64,000 nucleotides of DNA from Podarcis erhardii (Eukaryota): the NCBI GenBank assembly GCA_964252035.1, contig OZ176207.1; one strand, given 5' to 3'. The notes beneath the pieces are model-generated. The model searched no databases, was not told the DNA's origin, and saw nothing but the letters and a program-made list of their open reading frames with translations. A program made the translations under genes and the position numbers. Each line of letters begins with the position of its first letter. Within the stretch, counting starts at the first letter, position 1. Below are positions 58,639 to 64,000 of the stretch, piece after piece.

Positions 58639-60084
58639 TTTATATATTTATATTCATATAGGGGATGCTTAAATTAAATTTCAAAAAGCCACATTAGGAC
58701 AATACCTATATATGGTGAACTAAAATGTCTCAAAAGCTTCCCAATTTAAGTCTCTGGGGGTGTCGGTAAGATATGATTCCTGTCTCACCTCTATGCCCAT
58801 GGTGAGATCAGGGCTGGGCTTCAGACTTGTGCTACAAAGGTGTTGCCTTTAGCACACAGCGAGGCATGAGAGAATGTGTTAGCTGGAGCTGAGCCACCTT
58901 CCCCCCCCCCAGTGGTTTCTTTGAATGAAGTTTGCATCTGGCGTAACTTTATGTTGGCATACTTTACACCAGCTTGCATTCTTGTGCCTGGGATTGGTCT
59001 CTTATTTTTTTTGTACACAGCGTATAGATTTTTTTATTTTTTATTTCACAAACAAGCGATATGTAAATATTGTTAAACAAGGAAAATTAAACTGGGGAAG
59101 CCGACGAGCGAAAGCAAGATAGCTATGTTGCAGCGGAAAGTAGAGAGTTGGTATCTTGGCCTGATGTTCACCACCAGGCTGTACTTCAAAACACATTCCC
59201 ACCTCTCTCCCGAGCATGAAAATTGCTCAGTGGCGATCTGAAACCAATCGGATTGTAGCCGCAGTCTGTTTCGTACAGAGCAATAGCTGTGGGTTGCCTT
59301 AATCCCCCAAAGCAAACAAGTGAAAATTGATAATCTGTTTTGCAGTTTGGATTTATTGCGTTTATCTCCACAGTAACTTGATTTGCGAAAGAACACGATT
59401 GTTGCCTGAGCCAGTGGGTGCATTTATTTTAATAAAATGCAATTAAGCAAATGTTGACATTGCCGCCAGCGACTGCCTGAAAAGAAGACAGACCCATTAA
59501 GCATTAAAAAAACAACACATAGAATAACTGGAAAGATTTTAAAAGTTCCCCAAAGGGTTTGTCATTATTGGTGCCATAGACACTGTTCAATAGGGTTCCA
59601 TGCAAATCTACTCCATAAAATGCTCATAATATAACTATCGGTTCACCATTTGGGCAAAAATATTATATTCCTACCACAGAAATAGTGTGGTATGGAACAT
59701 GGAAAGAATTGTTACCGGCATAAAGGGTGGGCAGTCTTAAGGAAAAAAGTATGGGTTCCAGACAAGAATAAATGAATAACTTCTTTTTAATGCACAGAAG
59801 CCCATCTATTTCATTGAGCTGGCTCCAAAGTTCCTATTCTTCTCTCTCTCTCTCTCTCTCTGTAAATATCTATTTTTATTTATAGTTATCCAAAGATGTA
59901 CAAAAGTTCATACCCAATAGAAATTATATTTTTATAAAGCAACAGAACAAAAGAAATACTTTTAAAATCTAATTGAAAAGGGAATGGAAGGAAAAAGAAG
60001 AAAAAGGGAAAAGAAAAGAAAAAGAGACAGCAAGAAAAGAAAATGAAAATAGATTTTTAAAAAGGTAATAAAACTGACATGACA

Positions 60085-60471
60085 TGTTCTCTCCCTCCTG
60101 GTTGATCATTTGTGAGCTTCATAAACTTTCTTCAGCCTGAACATCACAGCGACCGATGCCAACCGACACCGGCACACTTAGGGATCCGCAGAGTTTGCGC
60201 AGCTTGCGTGACAGACCTCGGCAACTCAGCATTTTGGCTAATCTACTTTATTTACATATAAACACACACACGGAGCACTGCAACATGGCTCCCTCTCTCT
60301 CTAGCATCAGACAGCAAAGAGAAAGAACAAAGGACAATAGTCCCACTTCACAGAACACAGTAACACAAACATCCTGTCTCCGTCATTTCCCACTCTGTGG
60401 AGTCAAAACATATACCATCATATGAAAGACAAAAATCCCATGACTGTGATCATAGATCAGGAATTCTAACA
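60085..60471 (-). mobile_element. LTR-like repeat, copy 2 (TG...CA)
   Basis: Colinear with 45304-45688; same termini; no TSD seen. Confidence 0.65.
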
Positions 60472-62155
60472 CTAATTAGACAAAACCAACATGGCAGACC
60501 TGTCCTGGGAGGGAATTTCCACATTTGCAAGTAACAGAATCAACTTCTGCGAATGACAGCTCCCAAGGAAGGATCGTTTGGTAAAACAGTTGTCTGTATC
60601 CTCCCTTCATCATGCTGCTATGAGCACTTAGCACCACCCCCAAGGGTCATTGTAGCAGAGCCTTTTGCAAGTAACTGATGAACGCTGTCAATTAGGGCAT
60701 CTGATCAAAGCAGCTTGCAGAGCCCAGGTGGGGATAGAGGCTTAGAACTGGCCAAGGTATCTTGGAGGAATACTAGAACTATATGCAGTTGGGTCACAGA
60801 GGCTGCTGAAAAGGGGGCTGCATTGCAAATGAGCACCAGCGGTAATTATTTACAGTACTTTTGATCCTGTCTGTGGATGCTATTTTGGGCTCTGCTGTGT
60901 TTCCAACAAGCCTGGAATTGTTTGTTAATTGAAACCACCTCCACTTCGCTGACAAGAGATTACCATATTTGACAGACTCTTTATAAGCAGTTCCCGTTTA
61001 ACAGTGGATGCTCTTTGTTGTTGCTAGGCAGCTATGCGCATTCCAGCAGCGAGATGCTGCTCCCTGGGCCATGGCTAATTTTATAGTGGGTGAGTTTTGC
61101 AGAGCTACAGCACGCTACATTTTGTTTTGCCCCTCTGGTTTTGTTTTATATCTCCTGTTTGCCTGCTCTGAATAAAGATGTAGTTGGGATGATGGAAAAG
61201 CTAAAACCAATGTCATTAAAGGGTCTAAATATAATTGATGAGTTGCTATACTGTGAAATAATTCATGACTGGGGTAGTGATTAATGGTGCATTTCTCTTT
61301 ATATTACAATTAGCAGCCTTTGCCCAGGGATTATAAGAACCCCCCCCCCCCAAAAAAACCCCAGCATAGTTTTGAAATCACTGCTGTTTTGAAAGGTTCA
61401 GCCCACCATCTTGATTCAAAATGGCACCCAATGGTATCTAAACATAGATGGAAACCTGCAGTTTGATTTCAGGACCTATCAGGCAAAATTTGGTTATGAT
61501 AACTTAAGAAGTATCCATATGCATAGCTAGCAGACAAACCACTTTCAAAAAGACTGCATATAGCAGACTAGTGGAAGGTCCTCAGCATTGGTCAAGAATT
61601 CTGAGGAACAGGAAAACACTGAGAGTTGTAAGTGGATAATGTCACTTGTTAGTTTCCTGCCAAATATGGTTAAAATCAGTGGAGTCTGGAACAGTCCAGT
61701 CTGCCATCTTGATGTGAAATGGACATAATACGACAAACACACCAGTTCTTATAAAACAACATAACTGAATGACAACATTAATAACAGGTGGTGTTTTGGT
61801 GTCTGCAGTATATTTAACATTAGCTTATCTTATAATGTTCATGGTGTAGCAAAGAATGACTTCAGTTATGTTTGGAATCCTAATCTAAAAATGGATGGAA
61901 TTTAGTGCTGGTGAAACAGTGAAATGATCTATAAACCATTACAACAGCAAAATATCCAGCTCTTTCTTTGATGGCTAATTGGGTTTTATTTTTGAGGGGC
62001 GGGGCGGGGGGGGGCGACGACAAGGTAATACAGTTTGCATTCTACAAGCGTAGATATTCTCCTGGAAACTATCCCTTCTTTACGTTTTTAAAATTCTCCC
62101 TGTTATCAAATTGATATAAATCTGTTTCTAATTTATAAGAACATAGCTGTCGTAT

Positions 62156-62526
62156 TGCTTTTGAATTATGGTGCTGGAGGAGACTCTTGAGAGTCCCATG
62201 GACTGCAAGAAGATCAAACCTATCCATTCTTAAGGAAATCAGCCCTGAGTGCTCACTGGAAGGACAGATCCTGAAGCTGAGGCTCCAATACTTTGGCCAC
62301 CTCATGAGAAGAGAAGACTCCCTGGAAAAGACCCTGATGTTGGGAAAGATGGAGGGCACAAGGAAAAGGGGACGACAGAGGACGAGATGGTTGGACAGTG
62401 TTCTCGAAGCTACCAGCATGAGTTTGACCAAACTGCGGGAGGCAGTGGAAGACAGGAGTGCCTGGCGTGCTCTGGTCCATGGGGTCATGAAGAGTCGGAC
62501 ACGACTAAACGACTAAACAACAACAA
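62156..62526 (+). mobile_element. BovB (RTE-clade) LINE 3' end
   Basis: AFELWCWRRLLRVPWTARRSN...YFGHLMRR...KSRTRLND*, then (CAA)n tail. 11-bp TSD AGCTGTCGTAT / AGCTGTTGTAT at 62145-62155 and 62527-62537. Confidence 0.95.
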
Positions 62527-63610
62527 AGCTGTTGTATAGAAACCAGCTGCCTCATAGCTGAGCTGCTATTTACCAGACCATTAGTCCAGCTACCCATGGT
62601 AGCATGGATTTTGGACTGGAGTCTTGCCCAGTCCCACCTGGAATGCCCGGGAATGAATCTGGAACCTGAACGTAATGCTTTGCATTGCCACCGTCTTTCC
62701 TCACGACCCACATACTGTAATGCATTTTGTTGCGCTGTAACCCTTCACCGTTAATAATGAAAAAAGAAATACATAATTGACTACAAACTTCACTTGGTCT
62801 AAAATGGGATCTCCTTTGCCTGCAGCAACATTTGCCAAGCGACTTCAAAGCCTAAGTCCCCACCTTCCTGGAGAAGTTATCTTGTCAACACCTTCCCCTT
62901 CCTTTCACAGTGCTGTAGACAAGCTGCTTTGTCATTTAGCAAGCACTCAACATCTCTATGGCAACTGCTGTACGGCAACTGAGAAGGAATGCATTAGGAA
63001 AGGGTTTAATGTGATTTTAGCTCTTTCTAGTGATGAGCTGCATCAACTGGAAACATAATTAATTTTAATTAAAATTGCAATTTCCCCCCGTCCTGTCTCC
63101 TTAAAAACAGCCTATGGCGGGATGCATAATATTTAAAAACATTGCATTATTATAGAAAATATTTAGCATAACAAAGTAAATGAGCACACTCTTTTTACAA
63201 GGAAGATAAATGGGACTGGTTTTGGCAGGCCATCAGCAAGATCGCAAACACCTGTGCACTGTGATCTGAAACCAATGTCCGCTGAAAGTTTTGTTCCAGT
63301 CTCAGGTTGCTTCCAGATGACATTGGCTGTTTACTAAGCATTCATCCTGATTTTGTTGGAAGGTAGTTGAAAGTACTGACTATTTAATGAGCATCTGTTT
63401 TGATTTGTTTGTGGGAGGTTAGAGGTTATCCCACATTTTCCAGTGCAGTTGTAGGATGGCAGAATTGGAATGGACCCCAAGGGTCATCTAGTCCAAAAGT
63501 CAGGGCGTTTTGTTTCTGTTTTTGCAGGACGGGGAAGAGGTTTGTTGTGCAAAACCTGCAAACCAGTCTTAATTGCAACAACCAGAATTTGATGGTCTAT
63601 AGCTGAAAAA

Positions 63611-63980
63611 GGGAGGCGGGTGGCTCTGTGATCTAAACCACTGAGCCTAGGGCTTGCCGATTGGAAGCTTGGTGGTTCGAATCCCCATGATGGGGTGAGC
63701 TCCCGTTGCTTGGTCCCAGCTCCTGCCAACCTAGCAGTTCAAAAGCACGTCAAAGTGCAAGTAGATAAATAGGTACCGTTCCAGCGGGAAGGTAAACAGC
63801 GTTTCCGTGCGCTGCTCTGGTTCGCCCGAAGCGGCTTAGACATGCTGGCCACATGACACGGAAAAACTGTCTGCGGACAAATGTCGGCTCCCTCGGCCAG
63901 TAAAGCGAGATGAGTGCCACAACCATAGAGTCGTTCGTGACTGGACTTAACTGTCAAGGATCCTATACCTTTACCTTCTT
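63611..63980 (+). mobile_element. Sauria-type SINE, subfamily with AAAACTGTCTGCGGACAAA insert
   Basis: Head, body and ACCTTTACCTT tail; TAGCTGAA duplicated at 63600-63607 and 63981-63988. Confidence 0.9.
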
Positions 63981-64000
63981 TAGCTGAATCCTACCTGACA

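Noticed and set aside
45304-60471. The two LTR-like copies as the ends of one 15-kb provirus
   Set aside because: The outer flanks give no TSD, there is no PBS/PPT or gag/pol between them, and the interior is a patchwork of unrelated repeats.

Overview
Eukaryotic (vertebrate) genomic DNA, almost certainly from a squamate reptile and probably a lacertid-type lizard, judged from Sauria-type SINEs with (ACCTTT)n tails, BovB and the CR1/L2/L1 families. Positions 1-8.1 kb hold the last 11 exons and 3' UTR of UBR5 (+ strand; MLLE/PABC domain plus HECT domain ending ...TKNFGFV*). Positions 14.2-28 kb hold a CpG-island promoter and the complete 9-exon RRM2B (p53R2) gene (+ strand, 1074-nt CDS, 357 aa), matching the known UBR5-RRM2B(-NCALD) synteny. 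I found no further host coding exons in 28-64 kb; this part is a dense transposable-element landscape with several nested insertions whose target-site duplications (TSDs) can be read directly. Most long ORFs in the ORF track outside the two genes are retrotransposon fragments or noise. The most notable observations are: (1) a 99-bp Penelope-like insertion with a complete minimal hammerhead ribozyme (53182-53221), plus a second copy in RRM2B intron 2 whose ribozyme is split by an inversion; (2) an L1 inserted antisense into another L1, with 33-bp and 15-bp TSDs; (3) two hAT MITEs in tandem sharing one 8-bp target; (4) RRM2B with Cys at human Tyr164, Asn at the usually conserved Asp233, and no p53 element visible in an L1-invaded intron 1; (5) two TG...CA LTR-like repeats without TSDs; (6) a candidate promoter/non-coding first exon near 61 kb, possibly NCALD. 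All of this was read by eye. Repeat family names and human residue comparisons come from recalled knowledge and need database confirmation.
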